Assembly (NCBI GenBank): GCA_047495785.1
Contig: JBLDXI010000066.1
Coordinates: 372,001 to 436,000, forward strand
Direction of reading: 5' to 3'
Origin: Lepidodermella squamata
Lineage: Eukaryota; Animalia; Gastrotricha
Length of the DNA: 64,000 nt
Below are positions 13,265 to 24,426 of this stretch, piece by piece. The notes under the pieces are model-generated. The model searched no databases. It was not told the DNA's origin and was given only the letters and a program-made list of their open reading frames with translations. A program made the translations under genes and the position numbers. Positions within the stretch are counted from its first letter, which is position 1; each line of letters begins with the position of its first letter.

Positions 13265-14028
13265 ATGGACTTTACTCACGCAGCTGTGCTGCAAATTTTG
13301 ATTTTTGTCTCGCAAGTCTTGTTAGTGGCTTGTCTCCCTGAGTACGCTGCCCTGATACCTAATGGAGACAAAGTTCCTAATCCATGCGAAAACGGTACCT
13401 GGTCTGGTAAGTAAACTCCTCAGATTGCTTCGTAATCTCGTGCTAAAATCTAATTATATCAGCTGTTGGCCATCGCTTGCCTGGAGAAGGCGGAAACGGA
13501 AGAACACTGAATCCATTCGGTCGTCAATTCGACAGGGCAAAATTCAAATGGACAGTCGAACTGTGCAAAAATGACAGGTATTTTAAAGCAGACGTATCAA
13601 ATCCGTCCGTTAATTGTTTGTTTTAAAAAAGTGACGGGGACGGCTTGACGAATGGGCAAGAATTGGGAGATCCGTTGTGTGTATGGCAGGGGTCTGGCCT
13701 CCCAGCTTCTTCGGTTAACATCACGCATCCTGGGATTTGTGAACCGCTTGATTCAGCTCTCTGCCGGTCGATGAACACCTTCTTGAATGCGACGAATTGC
13801 AAGCTATTGATAAACGCGACAGTCGCTGTGTCAAATGCAACTACACCTGTTGTTCCGGTGTCAAGTAATTCGACGGCGAATATGACTACAACACAGGGCT
13901 TGCCTGCTTCTACGACGACCACGTCAGCTATCAAACCGGTTGCCAAAAATGCATCTCAAGCAAAATATGGCCTATTGCCTGTTATCTACCTGTTCCTGAT
14001 AATCTACTCGGTTTATTCAATCCTCTAA
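13265..14028 (+). CDS. Temptin-like secreted/GPI-anchored protein, copy 1 (3 exons)
   Basis: Signal peptide; IPNGDKVPNPC, VGH...GGNG..LNPFG, WTVELCKND/SDGDGLTNGQELGDPLCVW; Thr-rich stalk and hydrophobic C-terminus. Confidence 0.85.
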
Positions 14029-14757
14029 AATGCTGCTAAATATATTTATGAATAAAAAACTGCTGTTTTAGAAATGGTTCAGAAAGTTAGAAATGAAACA
14101 TGATGGAATATGGAAGAGAAAATTATTCAGTTTCATGGACAATATAGAACAATAGGACAAGCATAACAGCAAAACCGCTGCGTAATTGTTCCATCACAGG
14201 TCAAAATTTGTTTGCTTGCAGCTTTGCACTAATATTGTCTATGATTATTTGCGATTCAACCATTTCGCTTCTTGTTCGATTGAAGCTGCGATCAGTGTGA
14301 ATCTGAACATAATAGAAGAATTTCTCGGAAACAAATCATTGTGGGAATTCCCCAACTTTCATTCAAAGCCAAAAAGTAAGATTATGACTATTTCAAATAT
14401 TGTTAATATTTTACCCGAACGGACCGAATTCTCCAATCAAATAGATGCCGAAGAGAAAGGGTATCGCTTACTCTCATTTCAGGCTTTCCGAGCCCTTGTC
14501 TGTGTATTGTCATTTCTGCGCTATTTTTAGGATACATCGTAGCTTTTCTACTGGGTCTATATTCTCAATTTTGTAGAGTTGAGCTAGCCTAAAACGCTAA
14601 TAGGATGTGAGTTTTAGTTTTTTTCCTGAAATTACAGTGCTGCACGCAATGCGAATATGGCACATCTGAGTTTGTCATACGAGGCCTTTCAGCAACTCTC
14701 TCACTGTCTCGTTTTTTACATCGGCCCGTGCATAAATTCAGAGATCGCACCGATAAA

Positions 14758-15402
14758 ATGAGTCGTCATTTACAAGGCTGCTTGCTGATTGTAGCTTTCA
14801 TAACTTTGCAAAGTGCTCTTAGCAAACCTGGATTTCAAGTTTTCCTACCGAACGGAAGATCAGTGCCTAACCCGTGTCAACCTAAAAACCCGAACAGCAC
14901 CTGGTTTGGTAATTAAAGATTTGTGAAAAACTTTCTAATAAGTAAATTGAACTTCAACCCAGCCGTTGGGCATGTTAGACCGGCTGAAGGAGGCGGTAAT
15001 CGAACTCTGAACCAGTTCGGCCGCGATTTTCTTGCAGCTGGCATTAAATGGACTGTAACTCTCTGCAAGCAAGACAGGTGAAATGATTCATTACTTAATT
15101 TAATAGTAAACAGAATGAGAATTTTGCAAAGTGATGGCGATGGGTTGACGAATGGGCAAGAACTCGGCGATCCGATGTGCGTATGGCAAGGAATGGGTGA
15201 ACCCTCGACAAAGCTCAACATTTCGCATCCTGGAATTTGCGAACCGGTCAACTCACCCAACTGTCGCATGAAAAATATGTTCCTCAACGAGAAAAACTGC
15301 TTGGCCTTAGCCTCATCCGCTTGCCGAGATTTCCAACATTCACTTGTCGCAGCAGCTTTCAGTCTTTTAAGCCTGATTTTCGCTATGCGTGGACATTTCT
15401 AA
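14758..15402 (+). CDS. Temptin-like protein, copy 2 (3 exons)
   Basis: LPNGRSVPNPC...VGH...GGG..LNQFGRDF...WT..LCKQDSDGDGLTNGQELGDPMCVW; same intron positions as copy 1. Confidence 0.85.
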
Positions 15403-15516
15403 TTACAATGCCTTGTTAAAAAAGCTTCCTTAATTACAATGAAAACAATGAAAAGCTGAAGCGGGGGTATTAATAAAGCTTCATTGTTAAATGCAAATAA
15501 ACTTCCAGTTTTTAAC

Positions 15517-16323
15517 ATGCTAGTACATCTCACGATTGTTTTTACTTTAATTACGCTTGCTTTCAACGAAAACACGGATTTTTGCTCAGATGATGGTCAA
15601 ATTTCTTGCCAGGCTGGTTCTGTCCGTCTAACAGGAAATTATACCGGAAACGGATATGCAAGACGCTACGTGCTCGATGGACTTCTACAGGAAGACCAAT
15701 GTAAACGGCTTATCAAAATCATAGACCGACTTGGCATGATTGGGAATGGATACACTCATGAGAAAACGAAATCACACGGCTCACCTTGGACAGATTTCGA
15801 ATATTTCAGAGGCCTGAATTCTATTCAGTTGCAAAAACTAGCGAGTGACCGTAATTCTGGGATAAATCAGGCTGATATCGATTTAGTATCAGCCACCTTA
15901 AAAAAGGCGCTGAGCCAAGCTCGATCTGTGTTTAATCGGCCTGGATTACTGGAACAATTCACTCATATTGTATGCCGAGAGGCTGTTGATGGTATCCAGC
16001 ATCTCAGGCCGAAAGAGGATGAATTCAGCCACAGGATTCACGCCGATAACTGCGCGATTCAAGACAATGGGCAAGATTGCTTACCTCACGAAAATATCCC
16101 AACTTTAGGGTTGAGAAATGTCTCAGCTCTTCTGTATCTCAATGAAGGATTTCAGGGCGGAACCTTTTTCTTCGCAAATCGGCCCACATTGAAGAAGGAA
16201 CTTGAAATCAGGCCAGCATGCGGAAGGATGGTGACCTTTGACTCCGAGGAATACCACGGGGTTGAGGCTGTAACTCGGGGCAAACGATGTGCTTTCGCTA
16301 TGTGGTACACTCTTGAGCAATAA
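15517..16323 (+). CDS. 2OG-Fe(II) oxygenase, prolyl 3-hydroxylase (leprecan) catalytic-domain-like, intronless
   Basis: Signal peptide; HADNC (HxD), SALLYLNEGFQGGTFFF, PACGRMVTF, HGVEAVTRGKRCAFAMWYT. Confidence 0.85.
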   Translation: MLVHLTIVFTLITLAFNENTDFCSDDGQISCQAGSVRLTGNYTGNGYARRYVLDGLLQEDQCKRLIKIIDRLGMIGNGYTHEKTKSHGSPWTDFEYFRGLNSIQLQKLASDRNSGINQADIDLVSATLKKALSQARSVFNRPGLLEQFTHIVCREAVDGIQHLRPKEDEFSHRIHADNCAIQDNGQDCLPHENIPTLGLRNVSALLYLNEGFQGGTFFFANRPTLKKELEIRPACGRMVTFDSEEYHGVEAVTRGKRCAFAMWYTLEQ

Positions 16324-16400
16324 AGCTATTATACAAGGCAAGCTTGTTTTATTAAGGAAATCAGCGTACAAAATTTAAAAACCGGAAAGTGCGATAGGGT

Positions 16401-19329
16401 TCAGAAATCAAACGTGTCTTTGCTAAGTTGCCGCCGCGGCATAGGCTCGACAACGATAAGGGGGATCTTGCGACCAGATGGCGTGCCAACGACCTGGTCC
16501 TGGTCGCTTTTTTCTTCGTCTTGGTCCTTCGGCGCCTGAACATTGCCAATACTGCGCCGGCGCATCATTCGCGTTTGGCTGAAAGAGGGCGGAACCAAGT
16601 CGCTGCCTAGCAAATTCTCATCCGGGTTCACAACGCCCGGTTTCACAACAATGCCTGCGGTAGCTCGACGTTTCGAGAGGAACGCCGCGATGCTAGACGC
16701 TAGTTCGCCCTCGCCCATAGATTTTCTCGCTGATTCAGTCGATCGAACCTCCTCATCATCGGAAAACGCGACAGGGGGTAAGGCTTTCAAGTCGTCCAAC
16801 TCAGCCATTGGGACAAGTTGCGACCGACTCGTATGAGTTTTCGTCGCATCTAACGAGGCCTGGCGATCAGGCTGTTTTGTTGGTTTGACACTGGACTTTC
16901 GGCGGTTAATCGCGTCCACTCCCTTTTTCTTCTTATCGTCCATGCCGGAATCTACGGAGGAAGAGGTTGAGTCGTTGCGTTTCGCGACTAAGTTAGTTTT
17001 CGAGTCTTTGCTATTATTTTCCTTTTCTAAATCCTGTTTCTTCTTCTCAGCAGCTGCAGCTTGTTGGATTTCGACGAGAGTTGGCACGAACATCGTTAGA
17101 GCCGCGAGTTTATTCAAAAGCTTAGTCGCCCGTCGTTTCGGCCGCATCTTCGCTCGAGTCTGAGCGTGGGAGTAGTACAGCGAGAAGTTGTTGACAACAA
17201 TCGGGACAGTGAAGGCAATCATAAGGACACCGAAAATCGCAGCGACACAGCCGATAACGAAGCCTCCAACTTTAGTAGGCGTGTAATCGCCGTAGCCGAC
17301 CGTTGTCATGGTTACCAGGGCCCACCAGCACCCTATTGGGATGTTCGAAAACGTCTCAGGCTCGACGTAGTAGACGAGACAAGCGAATATCACGACGCCT
17401 ATCATGAGGAAAATTATCATTAGAGCCAACTCTTTCGCCGATACTTTGATTGTATAGACGAGGACTTTAAAAGCTCGGTAATGCTTCATCAATTTCATAA
17501 TTCGAACGATTCGAGCGAATCGAACTGGGATAAGGACCCGGAGGTACTTGCTTCGAGGGATTTCGTTGACCAAAATCACTGCAATGGTCTCGAAGCACAT
17601 TGCCATGAGAACTAGCAGGTCGAGGTTGTTAAGCATTGATTTCATGAACTCCCTCTTATTAGGGCAGATCAATAGGCGAAGGAAATACTCCATCAAGAAC
17701 CAGCCGAAGCAAACGAAATTGATAACGCTCAACCACCAGACAATTGACGAGTTGGATTCGGTTAATTCAAAGAAATCCTGATCATCACCATCGTCATCAG
17801 TTCCATTCGCAGCCTGGGTGGCGTTCGTTGAGAAGTTGAACATTTGGACTATATAAGCGGCAGTAGAGTTATCAGGCGATGATGTGGTTTTATTGCGTGG
17901 AACTCGAAAGTTCGGATGCGTCTCTAAAACGTAGGAACAAATCGATAGGACAACGAAGAAAATCGATAGGGAAGCGAAAATTTTGCCGACGATTGAATAG
18001 GATGGGTCTTCGATGTGGCGCCACAACCTTCGCTGGAGCCGTTTCCAGCCGGATTCATTTTCAGGTTCGGCAAACACGTCTTCGTAAACTGCGAAGCTGT
18101 CATCAAGCATTTTGAGGGTTTCTTTATTTTCGAGGAATTTCGCAAACTGGGCCCAGCAACAGGGTTCGATGTCATTAGGATCGATTTGCCAAAAATCAAG
18201 CTCCTATACGAATTAAAAGGAAAATTTGATTTAGCCATATTTTAACAATTTAAATCAATTTTTACGATTTAATCATCTTTCATCTTTCAGCTTACGTTTT
18301 TAATTGCATTTCCGCAGATATTGTGATCGATATGCAACTCCCCAGTTCGATAGTACTGAATAATCGAGGTGAAAATAAGGGGGTTTCTATTGAAGAAAAA
18401 TGTCCCAGTCTCCGGATCAAAAGCCTGATCCCTGTCGTAGTCTTGCGCCAACTTTGCCAATCGCGTCTCGGGCAGTCGATTCAAGGTGGCTAAGAAAGTC
18501 TCATGAATCTGACCGCCAACATTGAGGATAATTCTCTCGTTGAGGTTCGTCTGAGCAATTAAGCCACTCAGTGATTTGTCGGCCATAGATGCCATGTCCT
18601 CCTCATCACTATCGTCCTCGTCATCGCTGAATTTCGGCGGTTTCTTAACAACGGGCACGCCGGGTTGGCTGGACGGTTTCCGGACAACGACCGCGCGCCC
18701 GCCTACAGTCTCGGTCACTCGGTCCCAGCTCGACATGCGGCGAGCTAACGCGATGTGCGCAAATTCTTTAAGTCTTGGGGTCGGGGAGCTTGAAGAAGTT
18801 CTCCTCTATTAAAAAAATCGCAATTAATCAATTAATCAGTAACATAATTAAATTAGAAGAAATAAAAAAACAGAGCATAAGGAATTTTTCAAAATTAGTA
18901 GGTTACGGATCAATATCACACAAATCTAAAAGCCAATAGACCACGCCTCTGGAAATCACTGAAGGCGTGATTTTTGAGCGGGAGGGATTAGCCTAAATTA
19001 GACCCCGAAGCATATTTTCTTAAAAATTTAATTGAATGAGGGACAAAATAGTAGGTAAGTGCTTGTTTATGTATTTACACCGCCTTAATTTTTACGACTA
19101 ATAGCCCCATTGAGTCACCCGTAACCATAAACAAATTTTCGCTGATCTTTGCGTTCTGTAGAATGCAGTACGCGGTGAATTGAAATAGAACGCGCGTGCT
19201 ATTAACGATGATAATAGCGCTGCTAATACTTACGCGCAGGGCTTGTCGACTCGGCGGCCTCAGCAAGTTGTTATCTTGCGTCGGTGGCGGAATGTTCGTT
19301 AATTCGTCCAGCGACAGGTCGGACGCCAT
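16401..19329 (-). CDS. Voltage-gated potassium channel, Shaw/Kv3-like, multi-exon
   Basis: T1 domain (ERIILNVGGQIHETF...FFFNRNP...YYRTGELH), S1-S6, S4 with spaced R/K, pore TMTTVGYGD, FSNIPIGCWWALVT. Confidence 0.9.
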
Positions 19330-20144
19330 TGACTCACGACTGACATTGAGTGGCTTCACCTAGAATAATGCTTTTTTTGTAAAAAATTTAGGTAATCGAC
19401 GCATTTAATCGCTAACCATTAGAGCTGTTGGCGAGCCAGGCGGGCGCTGTGAAAGAGCCATTAAAGCCGTGAAAAACTTTTTGCTGCTACCTGGTCGGAA
19501 ATTATTTGAAGAACTACGCCATGGTAACTCTGGGCTTGATTCGAGAATAATTTATCCTGTGCCTTCTCATACCGTCAGGTTGATGTGCACTTGAAAGCGC
19601 GCTATTCAGCGTTTTGTCAACAAAACGACTTTTGGCAGATCATTTTGATGGGCGAATGCGCTCGCTGAATGCGCCTTGACATTGAGCTGGCAATTTTCAG
19701 CGAGCTGCTGCTGTGATGTGTTAATTAAGTATCATACAAAAGCGCGCGCACTTCAAAAGCCGCAGAAAAGTCCTAAATGTTGATAGGTACTTTCTTTAGG
19801 TGAAAATCAATGACGAAGTTCGACGGCTTTATTTATAAAATGGGTCATAATAACATGCCTGGACACATGCTCATTCCGCGTTGATGTTGCGGTTACATGA
19901 AAGAATTGTGTCAGCAGGTTGTAGTTCAATTTTTGAACACATGAAAGCATCCTCAAGGAAACTTGAGATGAAATGACAATGAGTCACAAGAGTTTTATTT
20001 GAACACTTTACATATTGCTATAAAATGTCTTACCTAATTGTCGAAGTTGGTCTGTAAATAGACGAAAATAAAATTTACTGGAAACAAGTGAAAAGTGGGG
20101 TTTGGCATATGTTCTGTATTCTCCAGCAAATGGCAAAAGGTGTG

Positions 20145-20716
20145 AGTAGAGTACAATAGCCGGTCCTAGACCAAACCCAGGGAAAGTGAAATAATCAAAG
20201 AAATTATGATTTATAGGGCTATATGGTGTGAGTGTATTTCCAAGGGGGGAGTATTGGGTTTTGTAAAAACTGGGGGTTATCGAAAAAAGGGTGTATGGCT
20301 GTGAATATGATGTATTTACCGAGTGATTCGGCATACACCCTTTTTGAAAAATTGAGGGTGGGGCGGGGGAAATTGGGAATTAGGGGAAAAATAAATGGTG
20401 AATTTATAAAAAGCGAAGAGATAATGAGGGTGCAAAGGAGAGAAAGGGAGTAAATAAATTTGGGGGAAAATTTGGGGAACAAATTGCTGGGGAAATTATT
20501 TCGAAAGGGAGCGTACAAGAGGTATAACAGAGGGTAGGGGGTAGGGGTAGGGGTAGGGAAAGGTGTATGGGTAAGGGTAAGGGTGAGAGGTGAGAGGTGG
20601 GCGAGGGCTGGTGAATTTGGGGGAAATTCTGAAAAATTCTGGGAAACTGTGGGGAAATTGTGGAAAAATTCTGGGGAAAGTATTTTGATAAGGAGGGTAC
20701 AAGAGGTATAACGGAG
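20145..20716 (+). repeat. Polinton left terminal inverted repeat (572 bp)
   Basis: Reverse complement of 42914-43485; no mismatch seen by eye, and ORF-track translations are identical at both ends. Confidence 0.95.
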
Positions 20717-20965
20717 GTGATTGACTGCTGGATATTCAATAGTGTGTTTTGTACTCTCAGGTGTGAATGTTTTCATATGGATATTCGTTTATACAAAATG
20801 CTTTTATCACTTTTTTTCGAACGAAAACATTTTATTTCTGGAATAAATATGGCGAGGGAAAAATTATTGAAAAAATTCGGTCAGACATTTTTGCTTCAAG
20901 TCAACATTCATAATAGGCAGACCATGCTGTTCTCAGAATTTCCAAATTGATTGGTTCCCGTGTTA

Positions 20966-21067
20966 TCAGTGGGTTGAGAAACTCCCGCAATCAAGGCACA
21001 CCCATCTTCTCGGCACGGAATCTTCAATTTGCTCGACATGATTGTGAGGGCAGTATTTGGGGTCCAT
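20966..21067 (-). CDS. 33-aa zinc-ribbon micro-ORF
   Basis: MDPKYCPHNHVEQIEDSVPRRWVCLDCGSFSTH*; Cys/His pair plus CxxCG; below the ORF-track cutoff. Confidence 0.45.
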   Translation of the reverse strand: MDPKYCPHNHVEQIEDSVPRRWVCLDCGSFSTH

Positions 21068-21218
21068 CGCTGATTACTAGTAAATTGTTCGATATTATCA
21101 GGTGTTCAAAATGATACCTAAAGATCACATAATAGTGAAGAAGTAAGCCGAATAAATATTTTTAATGGTCTCTTAACAAGTGTCTTAACAATTATTTTCT
21201 AAAATTTTCCAGTATAGT

Positions 21219-21356
21219 TCAGCATTCTTCTTCTTCCGAGCAATCATCACCAGGGTTATGAGGGTCGTCGATGCGATGTCCATTTCGGTATCTTCTTGCA
21301 TCGTAATCACCAGCCTCTTCATCCGATTCGGTTTGATCCTTTGGATTTTGCAGCAT
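21219..21356 (-). CDS. 45-aa acidic micro-ORF
   Basis: MLQNPKDQTESDEEAGDYDARRYRNGHRIDDPHNPGDDCSEEEEC*; co-oriented with neighbouring micro-ORFs. Confidence 0.35.
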   Translation of the reverse strand: MLQNPKDQTESDEEAGDYDARRYRNGHRIDDPHNPGDDCSEEEEC

Positions 21357-21427
21357 TGCCAAAATGATAAAATATTCCGAGCTTTTTTAACCGGTCTACT
21401 GCGAGGAATAATTTAACATTGAAAAAA

Positions 21428-21604
21428 TTATATATCAACGCCGGTGGAGGAGACTGGCTTCCCGCATTTGGTGCACACAAAGCATCCGAGGAAATAAGGA
21501 TCATCATGCACTTCGCTGTTACACTGGCTGCAGAATGTTGTGGGCGGCATCGAAATGATTTTCGCGACTTTGAGACCGAACAGCGCACAAAGTTTTGCAG
21601 GCAT
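21428..21604 (-). CDS. TFIIB-type zinc-ribbon micro-ORF (58 aa)
   Basis: ...MPPTTFCSQCNSEVHDDPYFLGCFVCTKCGKPVSSTGVDI*; CxxC...CxxCG spacing resembles the TFIIB/BRF ribbon. Confidence 0.5.
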   Translation of the reverse strand: MPAKLCALFGLKVAKIISMPPTTFCSQCNSEVHDDPYFLGCFVCTKCGKPVSSTGVDI

Positions 21605-22110
21605 GAAATAATGAATTGAGAAAATTCTTTTGAGCGAGCTTCAAGTTTGTTACATGCGTCCCAGCAACGAAACGGTTGCTATGATACATATTCTATATTT
21701 CTCAATGGCAACAGTGCAGACGCCCTAATGTCAATGCTCAATGCAGGCATGAATTCATCGCACTTCTCCATTGAAAGCAGATGGTTGGGGAATCGAGCAT
21801 TTTTTGGTCTCGTAAACATATTTTTATATCACTGCCGCTGGATCAATAGCTTAGTTACATTCTCAGTATCAGAAGAATGTGTCTAGACAGCCATTGAGTA
21901 GCTAATCAGTTGCTAAGGTGCATATTTTTTATTCCTCAATGACAAAATTTCAGAATGCTCAATGCTGGTATGAATTCATCGCACTTCTCCATTGAATGCA
22001 GAGGCAGGTGGGTCAATCAGTTTTAATCTCGTTTAAATATTTTGATATAACTAGCGCTACATTTGTAGCTCGGTTACTTTCTTCAGAATCACAGAATCGT
22101 TAGTATTACG

Positions 22111-22992
22111 ATGGCTGAGTTCAACTGCTCAGGCAATTATTATTCCGCGGATGCTGGAAAAATAAAACGTCGTTACGATGATGAATGGGAAAAGCTGGGT
22201 AAGCATAACCCCGCACCGCATTTGTGCTGCCTCTACCTTGACTATGGACAGCGAAGATCACAAGCTCAATTCCTTAAACGGTTGCAGCAAAACTTCTTGG
22301 GAAGTTTCGATAATGAATTCAAACTAGTTCCAGCATTTGGGACATTATTGGGTAAGACACACTACACAGTTTTATTAAAGGTGTTAACTTTTTTGCACAG
22401 GATTTAAGCGGGAGAAGGACATCATCCCGTTCGACGACGACATTGACTTGATGTCCAAAGCAGCACAATTTGCTAAAATGCAAGAACTATTTGAGCGAGG
22501 AGAAGCTATAGCAAACCAACCCGACCAGAGGCGAGTCAAGGTCAAAGGTGCCAATGGCCAGCAAAATACGTGGGTGATCGGACTCGAAAGAAATCCAAAG
22601 ACCAGCAAAATTAGTCACATTTCCATCTATGAATGGCAAACGAAGATTTTGGAGTGGCCATTCGCAGAGTTTTGGCTGGAGTCGCGGTTTGACGTAATTT
22701 TTTAGATGGGCAAATCAAGCTCTCAAATTATGTCAAATATTTTTAGGAAAATACCAAACTGACAACGGAAACCGTGCAGCTCAAGGCGGATTCCAATCGA
22801 GAGCTAACATATTATTTGCCCGAGTTTTGGGAGTATCATCTGGTTGAAAACTATGAAGATTTGTGGCAAACTGAGGTGAAGATTGATAATGGTCATCTGA
22901 AAGATCATAGCAAAAAGTTGCGCTCGTCAACAAATTGCATTTATAGCTTTCAAACGGGACTATTTTTGCGTCATGAAATGCCAAAAATCTAA
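22111..22992 (+). CDS. LicD/fukutin-family phosphotransferase (3 exons), Polinton cargo
   Basis: Introns 22352-22400 and 22694-22746 (GT-AG) give AFGTLLGFKREKDIIPFDDDIDLM (LicD GTLLG...PxDDDxD motif) and C-terminal LPEFWEYHLVENYEDLW. Confidence 0.8.
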
Positions 22993-23032
22993 ATTTCATT
23001 TTGCCATGAAAACCTTGATTTTGTATACCTTT

Positions 23033-23330
23033 TTTTCCTATTTTTCAACGACATGGGGTGAGATGAAAGGATAGCAAGAATCCAAAGAGCCATATATCAT
23101 TCGATAGCCTGCAATGTGTATATCATGTTGAGTCGAACCGATTTTCTGATTTTGCAACTGGAAATAAGACATTACGTAATCAAGAAATCGATATATTTTG
23201 CGTTTTTCCTATTTTTCAACGACATGGGGTGAGATGAAAGGATAGCAAGAATCCAAAGAGCCCTATATCATTCGATAGCCTGCAATGTGTATATCATGTT
23301 GAGTCGAACCGATCTTTCGATTTGGTAACT
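23033..23330. repeat. Tandem duplication, 171-bp period
   Basis: CCTATTTTTCAACGACATGGGGTGAG...GTCGAACCGAT starts at 23037 and 23208, about 105 bp nearly identical. Confidence 0.9.
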
Positions 23331-23523
23331 GAGAATGAAATATCACTTGACGAAAATATTGTATTTTGAGTTTTGTTAGATTTATTCATCGACACTAGGT
23401 AATGTTGAAAGATTGCAACCCAGCGTAATCTGGAGTTTCAATAAAACTTGAATGCCATGAAGGGTAAAGCAAAACATTTCCAATCTTTCACATCTTTCGC
23501 AGCAGTTTCGCACACTCACTCAT

Positions 23524-24426
23524 TCACGGCTTTAGTAAAGTGACAAATTTTTCAAATTTTTCCACAGTTTCCTTTTGTGGTTTTGTCTTGCGTTTGATGA
23601 AATTTGATACGGTTTCTTTACCAATGCTCACTCCCATCTTGTTGAAAGCGGCCACTGCTAAGTCAATTATTTGAGTGTCGCTCTTCTTAGGATAGTGCTT
23701 TCTGATTTGAAGAAGGATTTCATCTCGTCGTCGTTGCTGTTCATTCAGCAGAATGTCATCAATCTAAAATGGAAATTAAACAGTGAGAAAGAAGTATCCA
23801 AGCAGAAAGTCACCTCGGGAGGGTCTGATTCTGGCTCTGTAACAGGAGTCGTCAAGCGATTACTCCCAATGTCGTGGGGAAGTAATGATTGGAGTGCCAA
23901 TGGTAATGGAGTGTCAATCTGAACAACAACATGAAAACGATTATAAATAACTTTTGTAGCATTTAATACGGAAAATTACCTTGTAGTATTTTATTGATTT
24001 CGCTGGACTTGCTTGAGCGGCATTAGGTAGTGAAGACGATGTCTTAGGTGATGCAGGAGAAGGATGTGCCGCAGCAAAAAACGATCTGTTTGTCACGCAT
24101 TCCATCTCAGATGAATCGCTCAAAGTCAAACTTTCCATTGCATCATCAAGCTTTGTCACCAATGGAAACGGTGGTACTGAAACCAGGCGAAGAACTAGAC
24201 GATCTTCAGCTTTGAAGGCTGCCACAGCAGCTGCGAGGTCTTCCTCGTCAAGAATGAGGGCAACATGGTCACGGTCATTCCACTCTAGTAACGCATCTCT
24301 TCGCAAAGCCTTGCCGAAGAACTTACTTATTTTTGTTTCGAGACGATTTAAATTTCTGCCGTCATCCGAGTCGTAGATGGTAAATAGTGCAATTCTGATG
24401 TCTCCCGCGATAACCTTCAGCAGCAT
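23524..24426 (-). CDS. PB1-like domain plus C-terminal Cro/XRE-like HTH protein (3 exons, ~263 aa), Polinton cargo
   Basis: Exons 24426-23980, 23918-23814 and 23763-23524, all phase 0 with GT-AG; N-terminal LKV...EWNDRDHVALILDEEDLAAAV (OPCA-like); C-terminal GVSIGKETVSNFIKRKTKPQKETVEKF. Confidence 0.65.

Noticed and set aside
20225-20233. GGTGTGAGT inside the TIR is identical to the TSD/terminus junction
   Set aside because: A single 9-mer match in G/T-rich sequence; homology-guided targeting cannot be supported from one insertion.
20008-20776. Overlapping ORFs within the TIRs (also 42728-43592)
   Set aside because: Low-complexity P/F/S-rich translations in several frames, caused by the pyrimidine-rich strand lacking stops; mirrored at both ends.
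21733-22010. Duplicated ~50-bp segment (21733 and 21955) encoding MEKCDEF(M/I)PALSI on the minus strand
   Set aside because: The ORFs are under 35 aa and diverge right after the duplicated part; insufficient support for genes.
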